DNA of 64,000 nucleotides, from positions 2,542,001-2,606,000 of the forward strand of contig OX337238.1 in assembly GCA_946965045.2 (NCBI GenBank). Direction: 5' to 3'. The first letter of the stretch is position 1. Each line of letters begins with the position of its first letter. The stretch is from Epithemia pelagica. Its lineage: Eukaryota > Protista > Bacillariophyta. The translations under genes and the position numbers were made by a program. The notes beneath the pieces were generated by a model that made no database searches, was not told the DNA's origin, and saw only the letters and a program-made list of their open reading frames with translations. This document shows positions 45,331-57,121 of this stretch, piece by piece.

Positions 45331-45729
45331 TGTTTCAGTCCTTTAGAGGAGGGTCGCCCGGCGCGGAGGGTAGAATGACGAGGAGGGCATATGTTCGAGG
45401 AGGGCGCATGCCCGACAAGACATATGCCCGTCGAGTCATTCTCCCGACAAGCCGGGCGCCCGACGAGGAAGGAATGAGAAAACACAGGGGAGTAATCTGC
45501 TTACTTTATATCTAGATGTGTAGGTAGTGACTACCGCCCGGTTTTATTAGGAGTTGGGATGTCGCAACGACATAATTTTCCTTACACGGTTCACCCATGA
45601 TGTCGCGCGATTCGCACGATTACTACTTCCCGGCTCTACAATAAATAATTCGAACTGTAGTATAAAAAAGTGAGACGAACTACCTGCATAGCTAGGTATA
45701 GAGTTAGAGGAAAGAATCAAGAATCAACA
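45331..45729. mobile_element. Unique 399-bp insert bounded by TGTT..AACA (solo-LTR-like, no TSD found) carrying a periodic hairpin
   Basis: Absent from the paralogous promoter at ~18800-18900. Contains AATAAA (~45643) and TATAAAA (~45661). Confidence 0.45.
45340..45472 (+). other. Long hairpin with four repeated 5x5 purine-rich internal loops (candidate structured RNA element)
   Basis: Stems CGCCCGGC/GCCGGGCG, AGAATGAC/GTCATTCT and CATATGT/ACATATG, each next to GGG/CCC. Loops are G(A/C)GGA opposite G(A/T)C(A/G)A. Confidence 0.75.
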
Positions 45730-45975
45730 AGACGCGCCCCGCCCCGGTGTGTCGATCATTCAACAGTTGAGTGTCTGCTTTTTCGATTGGTTGTTTGGAA
45801 CAACAAAACAAAAGGGCGAATCGTCGTTGTGTTCCCGCCGATGCCTTTTGTGTCGTCCACCAAAAAGTAGGAGAACAACAGCCACAAACAACAAGCTTCC
45901 TCTATCGACTCGTCCTAGTTTCATTGGGTGTCGCAAATCTTTGGAGTATTGCAGAATCACACACGCTGCAGCAGA

Positions 45976-46530
45976 ATGCAACGTCGTGCTCCTTCTACAG
46001 TGGCGGCCGCAGCGCCCGGTCTCACCCAAGACGCATCATCGTCCACGCCCACCGCTTCGAGTACAACTTTGCGTCGCAAAAAGCGAAAGGGTCTGTTGAG
46101 TTCCAGTCGCCGTTCGTCGTCGTTGTGGGACGACGATGGTTTGTTTTTTGTCTTGGTGGGTGCCATGGGCTGTGGTTTGGCCCTCTTTCTCGTGGCGCTA
46201 GCCGTTCGATTGGCCCACCAATGGAACTGGTCAGCCAAACTCATGCATGGTAGTGGTCGCATGGCTCATGTCGGAGACTGGAATCCGCATCGCAAAAAAG
46301 CGGGTCATCATCATGGTGCGCAGCATCACAACCAAAATTCATGGACTCGGTGCTCATCCTTCCGACGATGGCAACTACGAAGAACCCCTTTCGTTGAATC
46401 GAATTTGTCATTTTCCCGAGGCGCAGTTCCCATTACACCAACTTGCGCAAATACAGAAGCAAACGACATGAAATCACATAATGAATGCAACAATCAATCA
46501 AGCGAACGAAAGAGAATGGTTTGGATATGA
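45976..46530 (+). CDS. Small putative single-pass membrane protein, divergent from the Kelch genes and the most complete copy of the spacer ORF (may be frameshifted)
   Basis: MQRRAPSTVAAAAPG..RRKKRKG..LFFVLVGAMGCGLALFLVALAV. Truncated paralogs at 7196, ~19080, ~20035, ~40207 and ~51886. Confidence 0.4.
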   Translation: MQRRAPSTVAAAAPGLTQDASSSTPTASSTTLRRKKRKGLLSSSRRSSSLWDDDGLFFVLVGAMGCGLALFLVALAVRLAHQWNWSAKLMHGSGRMAHVGDWNPHRKKAGHHHGAQHHNQNSWTRCSSFRRWQLRRTPFVESNLSFSRGAVPITPTCANTEANDMKSHNECNNQSSERKRMVWI

Positions 46531-47585
46531 TTGCAACTGACCAACAGCCAATTCTAATGGAGAAAATCGTGTCAGGGAGACAACCCCTTTGACCCTCTCG
46601 CAGTCGTCCCGGCTTGAAAAGGCAAACCTTCAGTGTCTCCCCCCAAAATGAATAAGCATGGACACTTTCTTCTTGTATCCAAGTCTTGGGGACGTTCTAG
46701 GTAACGCCTGCAGCTTCTCGAAAAACGACCATCGTCCAATACGCCCGCCATCAGACCAACTAAAGATGAGTGCAACCAATTTTGGTCCCTTTCTTCTTTT
46801 GCGAAAGACGCGAAGAAAAACAACTGCGCATGTTTCTCACAGGTCTCATCTCCTCGTCACGAACAACAAGCAATACGGAACCTACTCATTCTCACACCAC
46901 AAAAAGCGTGCAAAATAGTGTATCTAGGTAGGTAGTTGTCCATGTCACTTGTCCTAATATCTCGCTTCCTTTGGATGTTGGCACATGGATCGGTTTCCAT
47001 CCATAGCAGGCGAATCGACGGCCGGAACGAAAGGAGTATTGACACTACAATCAACCCGTTTTTGATTCCGTCTCTATATGGTCGTGGGACATCTTCCACT
47101 GTCATTCACCAGTTGGACACTGTCCATGGCCAGTACGTGTGAAACCCACCTCCCGCAAAATGTTGACAGTCTTGTGGCCAAGGGACATTTGGTCGGGACA
47201 ATCGTCGTGTGTTGGGAGAGTAGCGATGGGGGCGGATAGGATTCTTCTTGGACACCAAGAACAAAACGCCAAACGCCACGAATAGCAATACAACCATAAC
47301 GACAGGTGTGATGTCAAAGTAGTACAAAGAGGCGCTAGGAGAGGATGTAGAGTAAGAGTACAGTATGCATTGTATGTACCATGGTTAATAGTGGATACGA
47401 TTCTTCAACCACCATTAGAAGAGGACTATCTCATTTGTGTCGTAAAACAAAGCACGTTTTCTGGGGTTGTTGAAAGTAGTAAGTTGCATCACCGCCTGCA
47501 TGTTGAAAATGTATATTTGCCATGATCACGATTTTGGCCAGCACTCAGCACTCAGAATGAACAAACAAACACAACAATAGCAATC

Positions 47586-48540
47586 CTACGATCGTAGGGC
47601 AACCCATCCCAGAAGGACCATGAAACAGCACATGAATGCATATAGATGGTCTACTTTTTTCACCATTTCCACTTCACCCGTTTTTGCACGGGTCTCTTCC
47701 TGCGACTTGCGTTCGCTCTTGATTTGTTCGACTAAGGACGCAACCGACTCTTCCAGTGTTGCCACTCGTTCGACTAGCAATGTGAATTCACTTGCTCGCG
47801 TTGTTTGCTGAAAACGAGATGAAGCTTCATCGCTTTGGGATCCAATATCCGAGTCCATCGAACCACGTTTGGTTGTGATGGATGGCTTGTTTGATCCAGG
47901 AGTTGCAGACAAAGCTGTGCGTGTTTGCTTCTGTGATTGTGCAACTTTGGATTGAGTAGAAGCTGATCGTGCTATGCCTGGAGCAGGAGTATCCGGCTCC
48001 ATTCCGGGAGCATATGCAGGCGGATTCAACGTTATATTCTCCGTCACAACTTGCACCCCGTCCGTCATGAAAATAATGTCATCTTCCACTGGAGCAGATG
48101 CGTTCGCTCTGGCATGCCCCGGGTTGACTGCATTGGCCAAGTAACCCATGACGGTTACCAAGAGTTTTTGGTCCAGCTGTGCCTTCTTCTTTCGATGTTT
48201 CATTTTCTATACAAGTTTCCATAACTCCATCACTTTACAAAGTCGACATGGCTCTTTCGACAATAGCCAGACCCTCTTGGTAGGCCTCTTGTAGCTTTTA
48301 GTTTCCACTTTGATCCACGACGGAACAAATATGATGCACATCTCCGTAGTCCACAATGTCATGCAAATTGCAGTGACTTTGGTTTTGACCCAAAACATTG
48401 ACCTCGGCACCTGCTCAGTGAGTCGACAAAAACACCACGTATTCTTGTCAATCAAGGATAGTGTCACACAATAAACATTGTCACTTCCACCAATCACAGA
48501 AATTCCGTTCGAGTGAACCACAGCACTGCAGGCACCACGT
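47586..48540 (-). pseudogene. Chimeric remnant: Kelch tail, central exon 2 fragment and a variant C-terminus with a coiled coil and hydrophobic tail
   Basis: VIGGSDNVYCVTLSLIDKN, then DYGDVHHICSVVDQSG with stops, then VTVMGYLANAV..PPAYAPGMEP..VERVATLEESV..LYAFMCCFMVLLGWVALRS*. Confidence 0.75.
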
Positions 48541-48605
48541 GAACGCAACCTTGTTGCTTGGGGAATTGTAAGCTCTCATAAAGACAAGGATTCTGTGGAT
48601 TGAGA

Positions 48606-51493
48606 TCATTTCTCGGAGTACCCAAGAATGTTCACTAATTGAGTAATGCGATCGTCCAATTTCACCTGCATGTCAAGCAGCTGGCTAAGACTATCACGTT
48701 GTTTCCTTTGTTCCTCCACAATTTCACCAACCGACTTTTCCAATTCCGATAGACGTTCACTTTCCATCGAACCACAAGAAGAAACAGTGTCGCGAAGACA
48801 ACTCCGAGGGGCTCTGATCGAATCAGGACTTTGAGAAAGTTTGGCTGCTGTACTCTCATCGTCCTCTCGTGGCTCTCCACCGCCAATAACCACTTTCGTT
48901 TCGGCTTCGACAGATTTTGACACTTGTATAATCTTGGCCGTGAAAACCAACGCCAAAAGAGTGATTGCTTCCGAGTTCTCGTCCTGACAGTCACTGTTTG
49001 GGGATTCCATACCACGGAAGCTTCTGGTGACTGCATTGGCCAAGTAACCCAGGACGGTTACCTGAGAGTCACCGGCTAGGGATTCCATACCACGGACCCT
49101 TTTGGTGACTGCATTGGCCAAGTAACCCATGACGGTTACCAAGATTCTGGGTCCAGCTGTGCTGACTTCTTTCGATGCTGCATTCTCTATACAAGTTCCC
49201 GTTACTCCATCGTTTGCCAAACTTGCCATGGCTCCTTCGACAATAGCCAGACCTTCTTGGTAGGCCTTCTGCAGCTTTTCGTTTCCACTTTGATCCACGA
49301 CGGAACAAATATGATGCACATCTCCGTAGTCCACAATCTCATCCAAAATAATTCCAAAACCATGGTTGTCAGATAAATGATTGGGAGATAAAGCCTGTCC
49401 AAATGAAAGTGAGTTCAGAATCGAGCATACGGCCGCAATCGGAGACCGACTATGATCATGTTCTTCCAGTGCGGCATAAAAATCCTTTAGGGATCTTCCG
49501 ACAGCTTGGACCTGTGCAAGAATGGCACGATGGCTAATGCCATCACTGGGGGTATTTGCAGTCACTTGTGATTGAGTTGAGGTTCGCGGCAGCATTTCGC
49601 CGACTCGATATTCTAACATGGCAAAATTGCTTGCCAGAGATGGCAGTGGCTCCGTAGATATCACAGAATTTGCGTCACGTTTATCAATGCCATGAAGGAG
49701 GATACCGTCCTGACGGCACTTTTGTACAATCCTCTCCTGCATTGCCATGAGTTGGCGGTCACTTTTGCAAAAAGTCTTGGATGTCCTTTGTAGTGCTTTC
49801 AATGCGTACCGTTGCCGATCATTCTTGGATAAAAGATTGGAACGAAAGAGGTGATTGAGAAAGGTGTAAAACACTTTCATTTGGTGAATGTTTGAGACCA
49901 AAAGTGCCAAGTCGTGGACCTTGAAAACGATGTCGTCAGAATAAGCTTCGACAAGTTTTCTGTAAAAGGCATCCTCCAATCGGCCAGATTTTTCGTCTCT
50001 CGTCGATGCTACAGACCGACCAGGAGGTTTCCTGTCATTATTGGTGACCCCATTCAGTTCAAGAAGCGACTTTAGGCGTTGAAGTTTTCTGCCCATTGGA
50101 ATTCTGTCTTGGATTATTTCCGTGTTTTGAATTCTAGCGGTAAGCTGATCAATCTCCTCTTGAATTTGTTCGCTTGTCCAGAATTTTTCATCGTCACGCA
50201 GTGAATCCAATAACGGAAGTAAGGATTGTGCTTTCGCCCCCTCTTGTAGCACCAACTCATCGTCGTCACTGTAGTCAACAATAGCCTTTGCCCGTTCAAT
50301 GGCATTGTGGAGTTTCTCCATTTCGGTGTCTAGTTCCGTCCGAGAGGAAAGCATTTTCTGCAAAGTACAAAATCTGTAAGATTTCAGGCAGTGTCAAGCA
50401 GTGGCTGGCAAACTTACAGCCGCACAATAGAACGTACCTTGAGCTGTTCTTTCTTGTCGACCGTTAAAGCCAAAGTCTCACATGAATCCACATTTTGTCC
50501 ACCAATCGCAGCAATACCAGTTCTGTAGGCCACCATACTACAACCACTACGTCCAGTGGTCAATGGTGGAAGGTTCCACACAATCCCACGTTCCGTATCC
50601 AAAACCTCCACAGTAGCACTACCTCCTGCAATTATGATACAGGATCCAACTGACACAGCAGCAGCATAAAGATAACGTGCGTCAGATAGAGCACAGGTCG
50701 TCCAAGCCGACGATGACGAGGAAAACACTATAGCAGCAGTCTCTTTGGTCGCATCATCAGAAGTCTCGTCGAATTGCAATGACTCCACCAATGTCAACAT
50801 ATTACTACCGTTGTCTCCTCCAACAACATAGATGCGGTGGCCAATGACAGCACTTGCACAACCATAACGAGGAGCTTCCATGGATGGCCCCGCAATCACA
50901 GTGTGGTTGCTTTCCACAGCTGTATCGATTATATCCACCGATGACAAATAGTTTCTGTTGTATCCACCAATCACGAGAATATAACGATTGTAGACCATAA
51001 CAGCGGAACAGCCATGCCTTGTCGTAGACAATCGACAATTCAAGGTTGTCCATTGGTTGCAGGTAGAGATTGCCGATGACCCTGAATACAAATTTTCAAC
51101 ATCAATTCGTTCGATACTATCGAGGGGTGAACTTCCATTATGTCCTCCAATCACGTAAACTCCTCCGCTACAGACCACGGCAGCATGATAGGCTCGGTTG
51201 TCGTTCAATGGCGGTCCTTCCCTCCACTTCTTACTTTCTTCCGCCAAATTCAATAGCAAAACGGAGTTGGTGTAACCTTGACTTTGCTTGTATCCTCCCA
51301 GGACTACAACTGTCTGTGCATTGTCATGCTGTTGAGGATGGTCGACAACGACTGAAGCATGATAGGAACGCCATCCACCCAAAAGGGGAGGCCAGTCATT
51401 TGAATTCCATTGTGAAGCAGTAGTGCTATTGTCATTGTCAGAGTCGACAAAGGCAAGTCCCGATCGCAGCGCTTGTTCGTGCAATCTTGTCAT
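48606..51493 (-). CDS. Kelch-helical gene copy F. Exon 1 51493-50438, intron 50437-50358, exon 2 50357-48606. Intact, with a 78-bp internal duplication
   Basis: GT-AG intron in frame. VTVMGYLANAVT..MES unit occurs twice (48985-49140). Confidence 0.9.
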
Positions 51494-53065
51494 GGTGTTT
51501 CTTGGTTTTGCAATTTGCAATGTGAGAGATCTTTTCGATAAGCTGCGACCAAAAGCCCCGGGGCAAGTGGTTTGCGCGACGATGGACAGGATTCGCGCCG
51601 TCCTGTACAGAAGTTTGGCAGCCTGGGGAGCCATCATACGGGACTCGCTTCTCGAAGCGAACACACACCACACACCACACGCACCAACAGCTGCGAGGGT
51701 CCCCGAAAACACAAAACAGAAGCAGCAGGGAACGTCGTCGTCGTCTTTGTTGTGTTCCCACCGATCTAGAAGAAGAACAACAAGCAAAAAACAACATGCT
51801 TCGTCCTGTATCAACTCGTCCTCTGGAGCGGTTGCTTTCTACAGTTTCATTGGATCTTTGGAGCATCGCAGAAATGACACGCAGAATGACACGTCGTGCT
51901 CCTTCCACAGTTGCGGCCGCAGCGCCCGGTCTCATCCAAGACGCATCATCATCGTCCACTGCCACCTCCAGTACAGCCTTGCATCGCAAAAAGCAAATTG
52001 CCGTTCGACGATGCAACAAGGAAGATGATGAATTGGAACCACTTTCCCTTTCACCAGATTTATCGTATTTCCGAGGTCATGGAGACCATGTGATCGAACG
52101 CAAGAGGGTTACGCTCGACTCAAACAGTGTCGTGCCAAAGTTTTGTGGAAGGCGATGGAATGTGTGATTCCTGACGTCCGAGAACGTGAACGAACGCCCC
52201 TGACGCATCGACGGTACAATCAACGGTTTCGGGGAACCGATGAACCGGCACCCTCCGACAATCAAGATATCTGGGAGTTGACCGGCGCCTTGACGCACAT
52301 TCAAGATTTGTTGGCGTATGGCGGTACGTTGCAGAAAAAAGGACATGCGAGCTATTGTCAGCTTCAATTGAGAGTCTCGAATTTTTTTGGTGGTGGCACT
52401 GGTAGTGGTGGTTCCTGTTTCTGTTACAGAGTCTCGCAGTTTGTGGTCTTCTCCTTGATCCTATTTGGTTGTTCTTATTGTTTGGTCCAACGACATTCCT
52501 GCCTTTCGTCGGACCATTTTTTGTAGATACCACCTTTCCCGGCATTGGAGTAGCAATCAGTGGGACGATTGCGGCCCTCACGTTGACGTCCGTGGCACAG
52601 CACACACAACTCCTGAAGACACTCCAACAACAAGGAGCACTTCAATAGTAATAGACTGGTCCTGGGGTGTACACATGATATTCGAAAGCACACACTCTTC
52701 CACTTTGTGTCAACTATATGCTAGTGTAGTCATTCCCTCGATGTCGTGCTTTGTGGCACAAATATTGTGACCTACACGAATAGGAGTAGTACATGGAAAC
52801 AGACCTTGAAGGGGTACCTTTCAAGGAGAAACAGATGGGTATTTTATCAATATATGGGATTCAATATATCTGAGCGAGATGCTCCAATACAAGTGTCGAG
52901 CCATCGCTGCCTAAATTTCCATCCGCATACATTGTGCTCCAGTATAAAAACAACGATAAATAGTGTACACAACAACCCCTGAACCTCATGAGCGCTTGTG
53001 GAGACACATCGGCTGAAACAGCGTTCCATTATTCAAAAAGAAAACCATGTAAGATCTGATTGAGA

Positions 53066-55971
53066 TCATTTGTCGGTGTACCCAAGTAATTTTTCTAATC
53101 GCGTCATGCGTTCGTCCAATTTCACTTGCATATCAACCAGTTGCGTGAGGCTCTGTCTTTCACCTGTACGCTCCATACGTTCTGTCCTTTGTTCCTCCAC
53201 AATTTCACCAACCGACGATTCCAATCTTGATAAACGTTGAAAGATGGACAAGGATTCAGTTTCCATCGTACCAATGGAAGAAACCTTGTCGAGAAGACGG
53301 AGTCGAGAGGCTGCGATAGAATTTGAATTTGAGGAGAGTTTGAGTGATGTGCAATCATCGCCCTCACATGCTGGCTCTCCACTGCTAGAAAATAGACTGT
53401 CTTTTTTCCCTTCCGTTGTCGAGACAGTCACTTTCGTTTCCGTTTCGAAAGACTGCGACACGTCTATCATTTTGGCCGTTACAATCAACGCCAAAAGAGT
53501 GATTGCTTCCGAGCTCCCGTCCTGACAGTCACCGTTGGGGGATTCCATACACCGGACCCTTTTGGTGACTGCATTGGCCAAGTAACCCATGACGGTTACC
53601 AAGATTCTTGATCCAGCTGTGCCTTCTTCTTTCGATGCTGCATTCTCCATATTACTTTCCATGACTCCATCATTTGACGAAGTCGCCATTGCTCTTTCGA
53701 CAATAGCCAGACCCTCTTGGTAGGCCTTTTGCAGCTGTTCGTTTCCACTTTGATCCACGACGGAACAAATATGATGCACATCTCCGTAGTCCACAATCTC
53801 ATCCAGAATTATTCCAAAACCATTGTTGTCAGGTAAATGATTGGGACATAAAGCCTGTCCAAATGAAAGTGAGTTCAGAATGGAGCAAATGACTGCAATC
53901 GAACCACGATTATGATCATGCTCTTCCAATGCGACATGAAAATCCTTCAGAGATCTTCCGACAGCTTGGACCTGTACAAGAATGGCACGATGGCTAATGC
54001 CCTCACTGAGGGAATTTGCAGTCATTTGTGATTCAAGTGAGGTCCGTGGCAGCATTTCGCAGACTCGAAATTCAAACATGGCAAAATTGCTTGCCGGAGA
54101 AGACAGTGATGGCTCTGTATATGTCACAGAATCTGCGTCATGTTCATCAATTCCAAGAATGACGATACCGTCCTGTCGGCACTTTTGTACAATCAGCTCT
54201 TGAAATATTTTGAGTTGGCGGCCGCTCATGCAAATAGTCTTGAATGTCTTTTGAAGTGCTTTCAATGTGCATCGTTCCCAATCATCCTTCGATATACGAT
54301 TGGTACGGTACAGGTGATTCAGAAAGGTATAAAACACTTTCATTCCATGAACATGAGACACCAGACGCGCCAGGTCGTTGACCTTGAAAACAATCTCGTC
54401 CGAATCCACTTCCACAAGTTTCTTGTAAAAGACATCCTCACACACTTCAGAATTGTCGTCGCTTATCGATCCCACAGAGCGACCAGGACGCGTCCTGTTA
54501 TCATGGGTGACTCCATGCAGCTCCAGAAGCGACTTTAGGTGTTGAAGTTTTCTGCCCATTGGAATTCTGTCTTGAATGACTTCCGTATTTTGAATTCTAG
54601 CTGTAAGCTGATTAATCTCCTTTTGAATTTGTGAGATAGACCAGAATTTTTCATCGTCACAGAGTGATTCCAATAACGGCAGTAAGGATTGTGCTTTTGC
54701 CCCCTCTTGGAGCACCAACTCATCGTCTTCAATGTAATCAACAACAGCCTTTGCCAGTTCAATGGCATTGTTGAATTTCTCCATTTCCGCATCTAGTTCC
54801 ACACGACAAGAAAACATTCTCTGAAAAGTATAGAATCTGTAAGATTTAACAGAGTGCCAAGCATTCCCGGGCGCAGTTACAGCCGCACAATACAGCGTAC
54901 CTTGAGTTGTTCTTTCTTGTCGACCGTTAAAGCCAAAGTCCCACATGAATCCACCTTGTCTCCACCAATCACGGCAATACCAGTTTTGTAGGCCACCATG
55001 GTGCAATAATTGCGTCCCGTCGTCAATGGTGGAAGATTCCACGTAATCCCACGTTCCGTATCCAAAACCTCCACCGTAGCAATCGATCCACTCCTATTTC
55101 CTGACACAATGATACAAGATGCAATTGAAACAGCTGCATGAAGATAACGTGCGTCAGATAGAGTGATGTCCGTGCAAGTCGCCCAAGCCGACAATGACGA
55201 GGAAAACACTATAGCAGCAGTGTTTTTGGTCTCATCATTAGAAGTCTCGTCGAATTGTAATGACTCAACCGATGTCAACGCACTACTACCATTGTGTCCG
55301 CCAACAACATAGATACGGTGACCAATGACAGCACTAGCAAAACCACACCGAGGAACTGTCATGGATGGCCCAGGAATCACAGTGAGGTTGCTTGGCATAG
55401 CTGTATCGATTATATCAACCGACGACAAAAAGTTTCCGTCGTGTCCACCCATGACGACAATATAACGATTGTAGATGGTCACAGCCAAACATTCATTTCT
55501 TGCCGTAGACAAACGACAATTCATGGTCGTCCATTGGTTGCTGGTAGGGTTTGCCGATGCCCCCGAACACAAATTTTCAACATCAATCCGTTCGATCGTA
55601 TCCAAGCGTGAACTTTTATTGTGTCCTCCAATCACGTAAAGCCCTCCGCTACAAACCACCGCAGCATGACAGCGTCTCTTGTCGTTCAACGGCGGTCCTT
55701 CCCGCCATTGTTTGTTTTCTTCTGCCAAACACAATAACAACACTGAGTTGGTATAGTTTTGACCATGCTTTTGTCCTCCCAAAACTACAACTGTCTGGGC
55801 ATTGTCATGCTGTTCGGGATGGTCGAGCACGACGGAAGCATGATAGCCACGATAGCCACCCAAAAGGGGAGGCCAGTCATTGACATTCCATTCCGCCGCC
55901 TCACTGTGATTGCCACTGTCCAGAAAGGCAAGCCCAGATTGTTGTGCTTGCTTTTGCAGTGCCGTCGTCAT
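53066..55971 (-). CDS. Kelch-helical gene copy G. Exon 1 55971-54901, intron 54900-54821, exon 2 54820-53066. Intact
   Basis: MTTALQKQAQQSG start. AAG|GTACGC donor and TTTTCAG|AGA ATG acceptor in frame. Confidence 0.9.
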
Positions 55972-56919
55972 GGTTCCAACAAAGCAAAGAAACTTGCAGA
56001 TTTTGTGGCACCACCAAGGAATGGAGTGGACCTCAATTCTCCTCAAAACCCGAGCTTCTCCTCAAAGCCCGAGGACAAACGAGTGGCCTTCAATGTCGAA
56101 TGACGAGCGGCGGACAGATGGACCGCGCCGAACCAGGAATCAACAAACTGACTAAGGTTAAACATCATGGCCAAGAAGTGATATGGCCTCCATGATGATA
56201 TTCATAAGTCCGAATTGCGGATCACAGCCGCCATGAACCAGAAGATCCTCTCTGTGTCTAGTTTGTACCACCACAGCAGTATTTCCGAAGGAATGGAGTC
56301 CATCCAGCAAGAAGAGAAGAAGGTTGCATGCAAAGTTCTGACCATAATAGAGAATTGTGCAGCCGTAACATGCAATGAAGCAGTGCAGTGTAGTGTCTTG
56401 CTCCCATAACATGTTCGGTTCCACCGCAACTCATCTCAACCAGAAACGGCCTTGCGCCAATTAACGTCAATAATACATCCACTTCCACCTCCAACATGAA
56501 ACACAAATGGCTCATCGTTAGAGAGGAAGCGTGTCGCATTGATGAGCGCCAAAATGGGATTGTGTATAGTTACGACCTGTCCTCCCCGCTAGACAATATA
56601 GACTACGACCCTTTTCAGTGCTGTTGATACCGATGCCAGTTCGATTCCTCTTTGCCAGAGGCATTGAATGTGCATCAACGCTATTCGGGATGTCTGTTCA
56701 ATAGAGGTAATTATCGGACCAAAGGGCATCACAAGTTCTCGGCACAAGATCCACATTTCACAATCGTATTGCCTATGCTCGTTATTGTTCTCTACTTAGA
56801 ACCTGCCATCCACCCAAAAGGGCGCCAAAAGGGGAGGCCAGTCATTGACATTCCATTGCGGTACGGCATCACTGCTGTTGCCATTGTCGACAAAGCCAAG
56901 CCCGGGTTGCTGCGCTTGT

Positions 56920-57121
56920 TGTCACGGTACGACAAAGAACCGCCTCCTTTCATTCCAATCCAACTCACCAAAATTTATCGCACCAAGAGATCGACCTCAC
57001 CAAATCACCTTAGTTTAGCAAACATAACTTTCAGAACAACAAAATTTACATACAACACAATGATTCACCTTTACACGCACCTCGACAATGGCGTACGGAA
57101 CATTCGGAAATTTGGAATGCC
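56920..57121. mobile_element. Foreign ~200-bp sequence interrupting the truncated Kelch 5' end; possibly the start of another LTR element into which the YR element inserted
   Basis: Kelch homology stops after ..GCGCTTGT and TGTCACGGTAC.. begins. No match elsewhere in the window. Confidence 0.3.

Noticed and set aside
46857-47327. Two in-frame minus-strand ORFs with hydrophobic stretches separated by one stop
   Set aside because: No ATG start for the first and no homology within the window. Possibly a relic, but unsupported.
3928-55042. The ~555-658-aa exon 2 ORFs as independent genes, with upstream TTG/GTG starts
   Set aside because: They are second exons. A conserved in-frame GT-AG intron links each to the upstream Kelch ORF, and the listed N-terminal extensions are intron sequence.
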